From a bacterium (GTDB taxonomy: Bacteria > Zhuqueibacterota > Zhuqueibacteria > Oceanimicrobiales > Oceanimicrobiaceae): a stretch of DNA of 64,000 bases. Position 1 is the first letter of the stretch. Each line of letters begins with the position of its first letter. Under the pieces are notes generated by a model. The model had not been told where the DNA came from. It made no database searches and saw only the letters and a program-made list of their open reading frames with translations. Made by a program: the position numbers and the translations under genes. Location of the stretch: positions 25,920 through 89,919 of the forward strand of contig JBHIAC010000002.1 of NCBI GenBank assembly GCA_046758365.1, in the 5' to 3' direction. Positions 19,653-29,347 of the stretch are shown here, piece by piece.

Positions 19653-22600
19653 CTATGATTCCGTTACTTTCCCCAAACCAGTGCGCATAGCCAGAGCCTT
19701 TGCCCAAATGCGGGAAATCCAATGAACGAGATCATCTAGCATGACATACACAATTGGCATGAGGAAAAGCGTCAGCGGTGTACTGGTTAACAGTCCGCCG
19801 ACAACTGCTAAACCAACAGGTGAGTACATGGCGGCGCGTCCTTCCTGTGGGCCAAAAATGCCAGGAAACATGGCTGGAATAACCAACGGCATAAGACCAA
19901 TTATAGTGGTTAGGGTAGTCATTAAAATTGGCCGTAGACGATTCCGACCTCCAATTCGGATGGCCTCACTGCGAGGCAGCCCTTTGCGCCGCAATTTGTT
20001 GATGGCATCTATCAGGATGATGCCGTTATTTACCACCAGCCCACATACAACAATAATTCCTAAATAAGCCATATTTGTTAAATTCGTATTCGTCGCCCAG
20101 AACATAAAGAGCACGCCAATGATGGCAAAAGGGACCGTGAATAAAATAGTGAAAGGATGTATCAAGGATTCAAATAGCGAAGCCATAACGATATAAACCA
20201 ATATAAGTGCAATGATAATCGCAAAAGATGATTCAGACTCCATTTGTCGCATCAGCATCCAGTTACGGCCTAAACTCCAGGCGTACCCCGGGGGTAGTTT
20301 AATAGAGGCCATGCGGGCACTAATTTCCTGACTCACGCTCCACATCCCGCTTCGGTCTGTGTTAGCAAATACTGAAATCGTGGTTTGTCGGTCTTCCCGC
20401 TTAATAGACTCTGGGCCTTTGCGTAGATTAAAATTAGCCACTGACCCTAGCTGAACCATTTCATCCCGACTGTTTTGGAAGGCCATATTTTCTAACTGCT
20501 GCAGACTCATCCGATCTTCTTCCGCTAATTGCACAAGAATATCCACCTCTTTGTCCTGGGTTTTAAATCGCGAGTTTGCTCGACTGCTCAAAGCAGAGGC
20601 CACTGATCTGGCCACTTGTTGCGCAGAAAGGCCATACTTTTGTGCTCGTACTCGATCCACGCTGATGCGGACTTCTTCATCACCTCTTTCCATGGATGTG
20701 TCAATGTCTTTGATTCCCGGGACATCCTGGAGAAGAGTTTTAATTTCTTCGGCATAGGTCGCCAGAATTGCGGCGTTTTTACCCTTCAATTCAACGCTCA
20801 CACCCATCTCATTACCCCCATGACCGTGCATACGACCAACTTTGAACTGCACACCAGGAATCTCTGGTAGCACGGCACGAACATCATCGTATAATTCGGT
20901 GGTGTTCTTTTTAGCCTGCTCTTCAGGGGTAAAATAAACGGTCAATCGGCCACGGTTTTTTCTGAAGTTGCTGGCGACTTGATAAATTTCTAAACTGTCT
21001 TTTTTAGCCAGGAGGATAGATTCCACGGTATCATAAAGTGCTTGTACTTCCTCTATTGAAAAACTTCGCGGCATTTCCACATTCAAATCCATTCGGCGTT
21101 CGGGTGTGCGTGGTATCCAATCGCGATCAATACTCCCGTAGAGTTTCCAGGCACCCCAGCCAATTGCAAAGAAAACCAGCAGGGCTGCAAAGCGATATTT
21201 GATTACCTTTTGGATACTGAGGCCATAAGCATCGCCCATACGAACTAAAAAGTGAGCTCGCGGCTTTTCTTTACCAGTAAAGATGTGTGATGCTGCTAAT
21301 GGGATCAAAGTAAGGCTGATTATCAAGCTTGCCAGAGTTGCGGTAACAATAGCAACGCCAAAGTCATTCATAAAACGCCCCATACCTGAATTAGACATAA
21401 AAACGAGCGGTACAAAAACAATAACGGTGGTAAACGTAGCTGAAATTACTGCGACCGAGACTTCCTGCGCTCCAACAATAGCTGCTTTGCGGGCCTCCAA
21501 TCCCTCCTCCTGTTTATGGCGGAAAATGTTTTCCAATACCACAACCGCCGGATCTACCAACATGCCAACGGCAAACATGAGACCGGAGAGAGATACTAGG
21601 TTCAAAGTAATCTGGGAGTTGAATGGGACAAGTCGTAAAATATACATGAGTAAAAACGTGGTAATCACCGAAATCGGGATCGCAACTCCAATGATTACTG
21701 TACTGCGAATCTTACGTAAAAACAGGAATAGCATTAATGTTGCTAATAAAGCTCCAAAAAGTCCCGCCCAGGTCAGATTTTTCAAGCTATCCAAAATGTC
21801 CTCCGATTGATCACGAAATATCTGCATATTGAGACGGCTAAACTCGGGCTCGCTCTGTAATCTCTTTAACAATTTTTTGACACTCTGGGCGACATCTACC
21901 ACGTTGGCCGTAGAAGATTTGTAAACACTGAGCACAACCGCATCATGTCGGTTCAGATGCTGAAAACTCTTTTTTTCCGGGTAATCAAACTTGACCTCGG
22001 CCACATCTCTTAACACGAGATTTGTGTTTTCAATGGGGACTTGCGAAATCTCCTCGATGGTCTGAAACTCACCCATTGTGCGAACTGTGTATTTGCGTCC
22101 GGCATCAATGACGTACCCTCCAGCAATGTTGATGTTATTGGAACGCAGACTTCGGGATAAATTATAGACATCGATATGGTGCGCTCGCATGCGCTCCAAA
22201 TCGAGTTCAACCAGCACCTGACGTTCGTCCATTCCGCCAATTTCTACATTTGCTACGCCATCGACACGCTGAATTCTGGGTACAATGATTTTATTTACCA
22301 GATCGTACAACTCATCGTTTGGACCCCCCCAGGCCAGGCTGAATTGTAAAATCGGTATATCGGTTGTTTGCCAGCGCCGAATTTGAATGCGATCTACATC
22401 ATCAGGTAGTTGCGGACGAACCCGGTCCAGACGATCGCGCACTTCCACCGAAGCTAAACCCATATCTGTACCATCCAAAAATTCCAGACGAATGCTGCTG
22501 TTGTTTGCGGAGGAAGTTGAGCTAATTTCATCAAGATTTGAAACCGTCCCCATGATTTCTTCAATTGGACGAGTGATAAGACTTTCAACTTCCTGAGGAG

Positions 22601-22763
22601 AAGAAGAAACATAAGGAACAGATATTCTCAAATGAGATGAGGAAAAATCTGGTAGAAACGTGAGCGGTAGCCGCTGCAATGCTAAAGCCCCGAGGACGAT
22701 GATGCTCAAGATTGCCATGAGCATGGTAATAGGCTTTTTTACTGAAAATTCAGATATATTCAT
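19653..22763 (-). CDS. RND efflux permease (first subunit of a paired RND system)
   Basis: 1036 aa, GMLVDPAVVVLEN, GLVVNNGIIL, RLRPILMT. Confidence 0.95.
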   Translation of the reverse strand: MNISEFSVKKPITMLMAILSIIVLGALALQRLPLTFLPDFSSSHLRISVPYVSSSPQEVESLITRPIEEIMGTVSNLDEISSTSSANNSSIRLEFLDGTDMGLASVEVRDRLDRVRPQLPDDVDRIQIRRWQTTDIPILQFSLAWGGPNDELYDLVNKIIVPRIQRVDGVANVEIGGMDERQVLVELDLERMRAHHIDVYNLSRSLRSNNINIAGGYVIDAGRKYTVRTMGEFQTIEEISQVPIENTNLVLRDVAEVKFDYPEKKSFQHLNRHDAVVLSVYKSSTANVVDVAQSVKKLLKRLQSEPEFSRLNMQIFRDQSEDILDSLKNLTWAGLFGALLATLMLFLFLRKIRSTVIIGVAIPISVITTFLLMYILRLVPFNSQITLNLVSLSGLMFAVGMLVDPAVVVLENIFRHKQEEGLEARKAAIVGAQEVSVAVISATFTTVIVFVPLVFMSNSGMGRFMNDFGVAIVTATLASLIISLTLIPLAASHIFTGKEKPRAHFLVRMGDAYGLSIQKVIKYRFAALLVFFAIGWGAWKLYGSIDRDWIPRTPERRMDLNVEMPRSFSIEEVQALYDTVESILLAKKDSLEIYQVASNFRKNRGRLTVYFTPEEQAKKNTTELYDDVRAVLPEIPGVQFKVGRMHGHGGNEMGVSVELKGKNAAILATYAEEIKTLLQDVPGIKDIDTSMERGDEEVRISVDRVRAQKYGLSAQQVARSVASALSSRANSRFKTQDKEVDILVQLAEEDRMSLQQLENMAFQNSRDEMVQLGSVANFNLRKGPESIKREDRQTTISVFANTDRSGMWSVSQEISARMASIKLPPGYAWSLGRNWMLMRQMESESSFAIIIALILVYIVMASLFESLIHPFTILFTVPFAIIGVLFMFWATNTNLTNMAYLGIIVVCGLVVNNGIILIDAINKLRRKGLPRSEAIRIGGRNRLRPILMTTLTTIIGLMPLVIPAMFPGIFGPQEGRAAMYSPVGLAVVGGLLTSTPLTLFLMPIVYVMLDDLVHWISRIWAKALAMRTGLGKVTES

Positions 22764-22972
22764 ATTTCTCCATTGGTATTATGATTTTTAAGAAATATTT
22801 TGACTTTCTCATCAATACCTTGATTCTCTTCGAGCTTCTGCGACAATACAGGATTAACTAAAAAACTTATACTTAGAAATAAAGAAATAATCAGGAAATT
22901 AAAGTTAATTTCTTTTTTCATTTTAATCTCCAATCGAACTATCAGTTTTCAACTTGCTTAAGACTAGCATAG

Positions 22973-25285
22973 TTACTTACGCCAGAAGAACGTAGCTTTT
23001 AACATAAACGTTCGATTGCTGATCTCATCGTTCCCTGGTCCTATCAGTCGTCCATCGTTGTAAACTAAATATAGATTACTTGTCGGTGAATAGATCCATC
23101 TCAACAGAAAGTTGGCGATGATTTTCTCTTTACCGTCGTAATTAAGTCTGTCGTCATTCCATTGAACATAAGCCTTAAAATAAAGCTCTGTAGAAAAAAA
23201 GTAAAACATTCGAAGTCCGAGTGTATTGGTCCGGAAACTACCCTCTGGAAGATCTACAAAATTATGATTGTAGTCTATCTCAATCCTCAGCGGGGTGATG
23301 TTAGTCACGCTTCCTCCAAAACCAAAGCGCATGTTACGACCTGTATAGTAATTTCCATAATTTAAGTTGATCCGACCTGCAACGGTACGGCTCTCGTCGC
23401 TGTTTGTGCGAATGTAGGATTCGTAACCAGAGTAAGTCCCTATGGGAATGAGGAATCCTTCGCGTACCTCCCAATCCTCATCGATGAACTCATTTTCTCT
23501 TTTAACCCCGATGGTGAAGCGCGCACTGTTCTGGAAGCGAATTCCGAATGAGGCATTGATCGCACTATCTAACATTCTATTGCTATGATCTGTACGATAA
23601 TTACCTTCTAACTTGTAAGTGAATTGACGGATAACCGGCGATTTTTTAGGTCGCGGAGAAAATTCCACCGAAGCTTTGTTGAGACGATAGTCCGTGCGGC
23701 GGATAAATCCCATTTCCGGATTGAATTGCGCCCCCACGTCTTGGTACGATGCCGAGAATTCCCAGAGATCGCTATCGTATCTCAGACTGAGCTTACCAGC
23801 TAAATTTTGCTTGTTCATATTGATGATTTTTCCATCTTCCTCTTCATTAGGACCGAAGGTACCCGCAAAATAGCCGGAGATAGTGAAATAATCAGTTAAC
23901 GGCAGGTTAATGTCGAGTCCCATTGATCGATTATAGCCCGACGAATGTATTTCTTCCTTATTGAGTAACATCAAACCTATCGTACCGCGCTTGAGAATGT
24001 CTCGACGCATCCTGAGTACCGAAAAATTGGCAGAGCTGACTTTGGTTGTTTCATCATCTTCTTCAATGGTTACTTTATCAGTCAATATATTCATCACACC
24101 GACCTGATACCGCCCTATTTTGCCGACCATTTTGGCTCCGCCAAGTATGGGTGTTTCGAGTCCATTGACAAGGCCAAGCCTACGGCTATAAAAAAGATTC
24201 AAATCAGCGCCTCTGCCGTGCCAGTAACGACGCCCACTACCACCGAATGAGAAGACCTCAGCACCTTCAAGAAAAAACTCACGCTTTTCAGGATAGTAAA
24301 GGGAGAATCGAGTCAGGTTGACCTGTTCTTGGTCGGCTTCTACCTGGGCAAAATCAGTGTTCACGGTGAGATCTAAAGCTAAGTTAGGAGTTAATGCCAC
24401 TCTGGCATCTACACCGGTGTCATTCATTCGATCGGTGGCGAAATCTGTATTCAAGTCGTTTTCCAAACCGCCTAAAAAATAGGGCCTGAGTTCCAGGTTA
24501 CCGCCCATTCGTAGATCGGTCATGCCGTGCAGCGTACCCGCCTCAGAAAGACGAAACAACCCAAAATATCCAAAATCGCGAGGAATGAGTTGCCAAAATA
24601 CGTGTTCATTCTTTCGACGTACCATGCGAGCGAAGTTAATGCCCCAGACTGCTGAGTCTTCCACATTGAATCGTAATGTTTTCCAGGGTATAGCAATCTC
24701 GGCAAACCAGCCATCAGTGGTAATCCGGGCCTTACACCACCAGACACCTTCCCAGGCAGAATTAAAGTCACGTCCCTCATTTGCTATAACCGCATCACGT
24801 TTAGCTCCATTTGGATTGGTGACGAAATAATAACCGCTGCGGTGATCGTGGTAGGTATCAAGAATCAACGCAAAGAAGTCATCATCATTCATGCGAGCGT
24901 CACGCCGCATTTCCCGGGCGATAATCTTGTCCGGTTCGGAATCGTAACACTTGAGGCCAAAGTAAAGATTTTGCTCGTCATAAAGCACTCCCACTTCAGT
25001 CTTTTCGGTCGCTGGTGTCCCTTCTTCGGGTTCGCGTTGTGTAAAGTGCTCTTGAAATTGGGCGGTTTCCCAGGCCGGATCGTTCAAGTAACCGTCGATG
25101 TCTGGCTTATGTTCCGTACGTACAGCGGTGATAAAGCGCTTGCCATCCTTGTCGATAAGCACACCGTTCTTGCTATCACCATTTTTTTCGGAATCGATAC
25201 TCCAGACTCTGCCGGTCAAAACCATCAGAGACATGACAAAGAGTGTCTGACGAAAAACATTTTTATAACACTGAATTCGCATCAT
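22973..25285 (-). CDS. CBM9-like sugar-binding domain + DUF5916 outer-membrane beta-barrel protein
   Basis: Signal peptide, PDIDGYLNDPAW, GWFAEIAIPWKTLRF, TVNTDFAQVEAD, YPEKREFFLEG, FYSRRLG; aromatic C-terminal strand. Confidence 0.85.
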   Translation of the reverse strand: MMRIQCYKNVFRQTLFVMSLMVLTGRVWSIDSEKNGDSKNGVLIDKDGKRFITAVRTEHKPDIDGYLNDPAWETAQFQEHFTQREPEEGTPATEKTEVGVLYDEQNLYFGLKCYDSEPDKIIAREMRRDARMNDDDFFALILDTYHDHRSGYYFVTNPNGAKRDAVIANEGRDFNSAWEGVWWCKARITTDGWFAEIAIPWKTLRFNVEDSAVWGINFARMVRRKNEHVFWQLIPRDFGYFGLFRLSEAGTLHGMTDLRMGGNLELRPYFLGGLENDLNTDFATDRMNDTGVDARVALTPNLALDLTVNTDFAQVEADQEQVNLTRFSLYYPEKREFFLEGAEVFSFGGSGRRYWHGRGADLNLFYSRRLGLVNGLETPILGGAKMVGKIGRYQVGVMNILTDKVTIEEDDETTKVSSANFSVLRMRRDILKRGTIGLMLLNKEEIHSSGYNRSMGLDINLPLTDYFTISGYFAGTFGPNEEEDGKIINMNKQNLAGKLSLRYDSDLWEFSASYQDVGAQFNPEMGFIRRTDYRLNKASVEFSPRPKKSPVIRQFTYKLEGNYRTDHSNRMLDSAINASFGIRFQNSARFTIGVKRENEFIDEDWEVREGFLIPIGTYSGYESYIRTNSDESRTVAGRINLNYGNYYTGRNMRFGFGGSVTNITPLRIEIDYNHNFVDLPEGSFRTNTLGLRMFYFFSTELYFKAYVQWNDDRLNYDGKEKIIANFLLRWIYSPTSNLYLVYNDGRLIGPGNDEISNRTFMLKATFFWRK

Positions 25286-25393
25286 ACGTTTGTGGATAAC
25301 CCTTTCTCTAATCTGTTCAAATAATGTAATTTAAGCTTTGCAATACCTTCTTTTTACAATTTACTCATTATTCTTGTTTTCTATATAGGAACC

Positions 25394-26764
25394 CTATTGC
25401 ATCTCCCGCATCTTCTGAAACATCTCCCGAAAGAAAGCCATCTTTTTCTGGGGGTTGTTTTTCATATCTGGGTCTTCTTTAAGACGCTTTTCGTACTCTT
25501 TCCGCACAGCGGGGATTTGTAGTAAGCGATCTTCCATCCGTTTCAAGCGTTCGAGATCAGGCGTGCCGTGAGCGCCCATGCGCCTGGATTGTCTTCTCTG
25601 ACCAGACCTATTGGCCGCCAGTTCTGTAGCTGCGGTAGTATCCTTGGTGCTGCGAGTCAAGGTCTGATCCTGATCAGGAATTCTGATGGGTAAACCTTCT
25701 CTTAAGCCTTCCTGACCTACCGTCACCACTAGATCGCCTTCTTTTAATCCAGAGAGGACTTCTACGTTATCGCCGGAGGTAAAGCCAAGTTTCAAGTTGG
25801 CCTTATGGGCGTTGCCATTTTCGTACACATAAACCTGATCCGCTTCGCTTTCCAAGACCAGGGCTTTTTTGGGTATTATTAAAGTATTTTTATGGGTTTC
25901 AGTAGAAATGAACACGGAGGCAAACATGCCAGGTTTGAGTTTACCTTGATCATCCTTTATATCGATCGTTACCTTGGCCGTGCCACTGGTAGGATCCACA
26001 ACCGGGCTAATCATTTTTACTACTCCTGAAAACTCTAAGCCAGGTTCGGATTCGATAGTAATCTTAGCCTGCTGGCCTTCAAAAATCCGCCCCATATCTT
26101 TTTCCGGTACATAGATCTTGGCTCGCAGCGGATTAAAATCCGCGACTTGAAACAGGGCATCATTAACATTTACTCGCTGTCCAAGTTCAATATTGCGGGC
26201 CGTAACCACGCCGTCAATAGGAGAACGTACGCTGGTGTATTCCAACTTAAGGCGGGCAGCTTCATAGGATGCCTTGGAACTCTCATACTGCAGCCGGGTT
26301 GTTTCATAATTCTCTTCAGCGATAAGGTTTTTTTCCAGCATCTTTTTTGCCCGTTCAAAAGTCGCTTTGTCGGTTTCCATGCCAACTTTGGCCTGCAAAA
26401 ATTCGATTTGTAATTCAGCTTCATCCAACTGGGCCAGCAAATCACCCTTTTTGACCTTAACGCCTTCTTCGGCAGGTAATTTTACTACCTGGCCTGCTAC
26501 TTTTGTTATTATGTCCACCTGCCTTTCTGCCTCAATGGTAGTGGTCTGTAAAAGAAACATTGAAATATCACCCCTTTTTACCGACGCCACCTGCACGGGG
26601 ATAGCGGCAGACATCTGAGAGGTTCTATTATCTGACATCCCCCGAGCCCCTTGTCCGAAGTTATGGCTGTTGGCGTCATCTTTTCCACATCCAAGAAGTG
26701 CTAAACTCATTGTCAAAAATAAACCAGTAAGTTTTATGCAATATTTATTAAAAAAATTACGCAT
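25394..26764 (-). CDS. RND periplasmic adaptor (MFP) lipoprotein with C-terminal helical extension
   Basis: Lipobox LLGC, EEGVKVKKGDLLAQLD, SPIDGVV, LKPGMF, then about 95 extra residues. Confidence 0.92.
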   Translation of the reverse strand: MRNFFNKYCIKLTGLFLTMSLALLGCGKDDANSHNFGQGARGMSDNRTSQMSAAIPVQVASVKRGDISMFLLQTTTIEAERQVDIITKVAGQVVKLPAEEGVKVKKGDLLAQLDEAELQIEFLQAKVGMETDKATFERAKKMLEKNLIAEENYETTRLQYESSKASYEAARLKLEYTSVRSPIDGVVTARNIELGQRVNVNDALFQVADFNPLRAKIYVPEKDMGRIFEGQQAKITIESEPGLEFSGVVKMISPVVDPTSGTAKVTIDIKDDQGKLKPGMFASVFISTETHKNTLIIPKKALVLESEADQVYVYENGNAHKANLKLGFTSGDNVEVLSGLKEGDLVVTVGQEGLREGLPIRIPDQDQTLTRSTKDTTAATELAANRSGQRRQSRRMGAHGTPDLERLKRMEDRLLQIPAVRKEYEKRLKEDPDMKNNPQKKMAFFREMFQKMREMQ

Positions 26765-26848
26765 ACGTTTTCTCCCTTCTTCTTAGAACATAAAATATAA
26801 TAAATAAAATAAAGATAAATGCCATGTAAAGCCGTTGGGTTATTCATT

Positions 26849-26939
26849 TATGACGTTGGTGCAAAAACAGAAAAATTTTAACTTTTATCCCGAACCAGTT
26901 AAGGTTTTTAGCAACCTACCTTTTTGTACCCACGTCATT
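26849..26939 (+). mobile_element. MITE-like element, copy B
   Basis: TATGACGTTGGTGCAAAAAC...TTTTTGTACCCACGTCATT. 38 nt from 26850 match the reverse complement of copy A's right end with 4 mismatches. Confidence 0.75.
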
Positions 26940-26950
26940 TATTGTTTTAC

Positions 26951-28075
26951 CTAATGCATCGTTTCCAGACTCTCTGCCATCTCAGCTAATTCTGCCCGTG
27001 GTATTTCACCAAGGATGTTATAGGCGATGTTATCCTGTTTTCCGCGGATAATGACAAATGGACCATGATGCTCAGCCTTTTTTAGGTACCCTTTCTCGTG
27101 TGATGGTTCACGTTCTTTTTCCCTCTTTTTTCTTTTACGCTTGTCCCCTTTCTTGTGTAATGGCTCACCATCCTCTTTACTTTGAAATAAGGAGATAAAG
27201 GTAAGGCCATCTCCATATAAAAAGTGTAAAAATGATTTTTCCTTCCTTTGAATGGATTTGATTTGGAGTAGGGTGAATCCATCAGGGACTTTTTTCGGGA
27301 TAAGTACTTCACCTTTATATGAAGTCATCAATTTAGTAAGGTCTGAATAAATTTTCGCTTTCCGTGTCTTTTTGATGAGTTTAGTTTCAGACCAGGCACG
27401 TGTAAATATTGTCGTATCAGGTTCTTCATAAGAAATTTCTAAAAATTGACTTATTTCCGCAAGGCTGTCACTGGCAAATCCATCTTGTAAACGTTTGGTC
27501 TGTAGTAACAGACCACTTTGTGTATCTACCAACGCTTGCAAAGCTGGTCGGCCCGGGTGTCGGGGTGTCACGTTGAGTGAAATCGTTGTTTGGTCTACAA
27601 ATATTGGCCCGGGTGAGACAGTTACATGGTAATTCCGTCGTAATAAAGCGATTTCCTTAAAGATTTGACCATTTTTTAGCAAATCCTTAGGGGCACCATA
27701 ACGAAACTTTTTTCTAACGTGTCGGTTGCGGCGATATTTAACTTGATCGCCTTTGAGGACAAGCGTAGAATTGCGCAAGTCTTCTGGTGCAAGAAAAATG
27801 ACCACGGTACGTTCTGGATGCCAGTGATATTCCTGCCAGCGTAATTCTAAGGCTTTACCCCTATGTCTAACAATGCGTATTTGCACTCCAGAATAGCTAA
27901 CTCTTTCAGATACGCGGCTGATGCGCACTAGCAGACTATCGATAGCCACGGAATCCGCAGGAACCGTGAACGAGTGTAAAGCACTCTGTCCTACAACCGG
28001 TCTCCAAAGCGAGGTTCCAAGGAGAACCACAACAAAAATAGTTTGGTAAATGAATTGTAGTATGTGAAATAACAT
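26951..28075 (-). CDS. MucB/RseB-like periplasmic regulator
   Basis: Signal peptide, SYSG, VDTQSGLLL, PKKVPDGF, HFLYGDGLTFISLFQ, GEIPRAELAEMAESL; follows the anti-sigma gene. Confidence 0.8.
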   Translation of the reverse strand: MLFHILQFIYQTIFVVVLLGTSLWRPVVGQSALHSFTVPADSVAIDSLLVRISRVSERVSYSGVQIRIVRHRGKALELRWQEYHWHPERTVVIFLAPEDLRNSTLVLKGDQVKYRRNRHVRKKFRYGAPKDLLKNGQIFKEIALLRRNYHVTVSPGPIFVDQTTISLNVTPRHPGRPALQALVDTQSGLLLQTKRLQDGFASDSLAEISQFLEISYEEPDTTIFTRAWSETKLIKKTRKAKIYSDLTKLMTSYKGEVLIPKKVPDGFTLLQIKSIQRKEKSFLHFLYGDGLTFISLFQSKEDGEPLHKKGDKRKRKKREKEREPSHEKGYLKKAEHHGPFVIIRGKQDNIAYNILGEIPRAELAEMAESLETMH

Positions 28076-28575
28076 TATTCTTGTTCTGTCGTAGTTACAA
28101 GGTTCGCGTACTGGGTATTGCTTTGAAAAATTCCACTATCCATAGCCATGGTATGTTCTTCCAGTAAAATTTCAATATCGTTTCTGGTTTGTACGTTGGT
28201 GGCTTCTGGTGTATTCGGCTTGGTTAGTCGAAGAACAATGACCAGACTTGCAGTGATCAAAGCGCCTGTGATAAATACCCGCTCCCAACGTAACGCCTTG
28301 ATAATATCTGATAAAATATACCAAAAAGATGGTTGGGCAGATTTATTTCGCGGAGCAATTTTCTCAACAATGCGATGTGTAAGTAAAGTTTCTGCCCGGG
28401 ACGAAAGTTTGGGTATTGGGGCTTTTCGAGCAGCATTTTGCAAATTCAACATGTGTGTGTGAATCAGACGACAGCTTTCACAGCTTTGTCTATGCCTTTC
28501 GGCAGCAGCAGGCAATGTCTCTACGCTGTTATCTAACATGGTTTGCAAGTTCTCAATAAATTGTTGACACTTCAT
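28075..28575 (-). CDS. Zinc-binding (ZAS) anti-sigma factor with one TM helix
   Basis: MKC...HRQSCESC (HxxxCxxC), single TM segment, directly after the ECF sigma gene. Confidence 0.85.
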   Translation of the reverse strand: MKCQQFIENLQTMLDNSVETLPAAAERHRQSCESCRLIHTHMLNLQNAARKAPIPKLSSRAETLLTHRIVEKIAPRNKSAQPSFWYILSDIIKALRWERVFITGALITASLVIVLRLTKPNTPEATNVQTRNDIEILLEEHTMAMDSGIFQSNTQYANLVTTTEQE

Positions 28576-28589
28576 GGCACACTCCTAAT

Positions 28590-29171
28590 TTAAAGATAAT
28601 CAAGCAATTGTTTACGCAATGAAAGGCGTGCATGGTGCAAGCGCGAGGTAACCGTGCCCTCTGGTATGTCTAGCATGGCCGCGATTTCCTTGGTTTTGTA
28701 CTCTTCCATTTCAAATAAAATAAATACGAGGCGTTGTCGCTTTGGAAGTTTAGCTATTGCACGTAAAAGCATCGTTTGTAATTCCAATTTTTGTAACTCA
28801 TCTTCCGGTGTTGTGCTATCCAGGTCTTCAAAAAATTCTGATCTTATTGGTTTATCCTGAGAGCGCCAAAAATAATTTTTTGCCCGTCTTAGACCTCGAC
28901 GAAAATTCGAAAGTCGATTCAAAAGAATACGTGTCAGCCAGGTGGAAAACTGATACGCAAAATTAAATGTTGGCAGTCCTTGATAAGCGGCCATAAAAGT
29001 ATCTTGAACTATATCTGCGGCGTCTTCTGGTGAAAGGCCGTAGCGTCTGGCAATGCGATAGCAGTGTGGCATATGTCGTGTGATAAGTGAATCAAAAGCC
29101 TTCCTTTCGCCTGCTAAGGCCTGCTCTACCAAAGCCGTATCGTCCAAGGATAGTGCATTATCCTTTTTCAT
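28590..29171 (-). CDS. ECF RNA polymerase sigma factor (RpoE-like)
   Basis: DAADIVQDTF, FSTWLTRILLN, EIAAMLDIPEGTVTSRLHHAR. Confidence 0.95.
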   Translation of the reverse strand: MKKDNALSLDDTALVEQALAGERKAFDSLITRHMPHCYRIARRYGLSPEDAADIVQDTFMAAYQGLPTFNFAYQFSTWLTRILLNRLSNFRRGLRRAKNYFWRSQDKPIRSEFFEDLDSTTPEDELQKLELQTMLLRAIAKLPKRQRLVFILFEMEEYKTKEIAAMLDIPEGTVTSRLHHARLSLRKQLLDYL

Positions 29172-29176
29172 ATAGT

Positions 29177-29206
29177 ATTATACACCGAAAATGGGTTTTT
29201 CATCAA
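29177..29206 (-). promoter_or_regulatory. Sigma-70-type promoter of the ECF gene, likely leaderless transcript
   Basis: TTGATG-N18-TATAAT ending 5 nt before the ATG; no SD sequence. Confidence 0.5.
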
Positions 29207-29347
29207 TAATTTTTTTTAAAAAAATCAATAAGGTTCTTTCTTGATTGATTTTTGAGAAAATTACTATAAATTTCTCTTGCTTTTTTGCAGTATTATTATT
29301 AACCAAGTTTATGTAATAAATGATTCAATTAATGAGGGAGGAAATTT

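Noticed and set aside
15976..26939. Composite transposon carrying the RND block
   Set aside because: No transposase, and each MITE appears to have its own flanking duplication rather than a shared outer one, which favours independent insertions.
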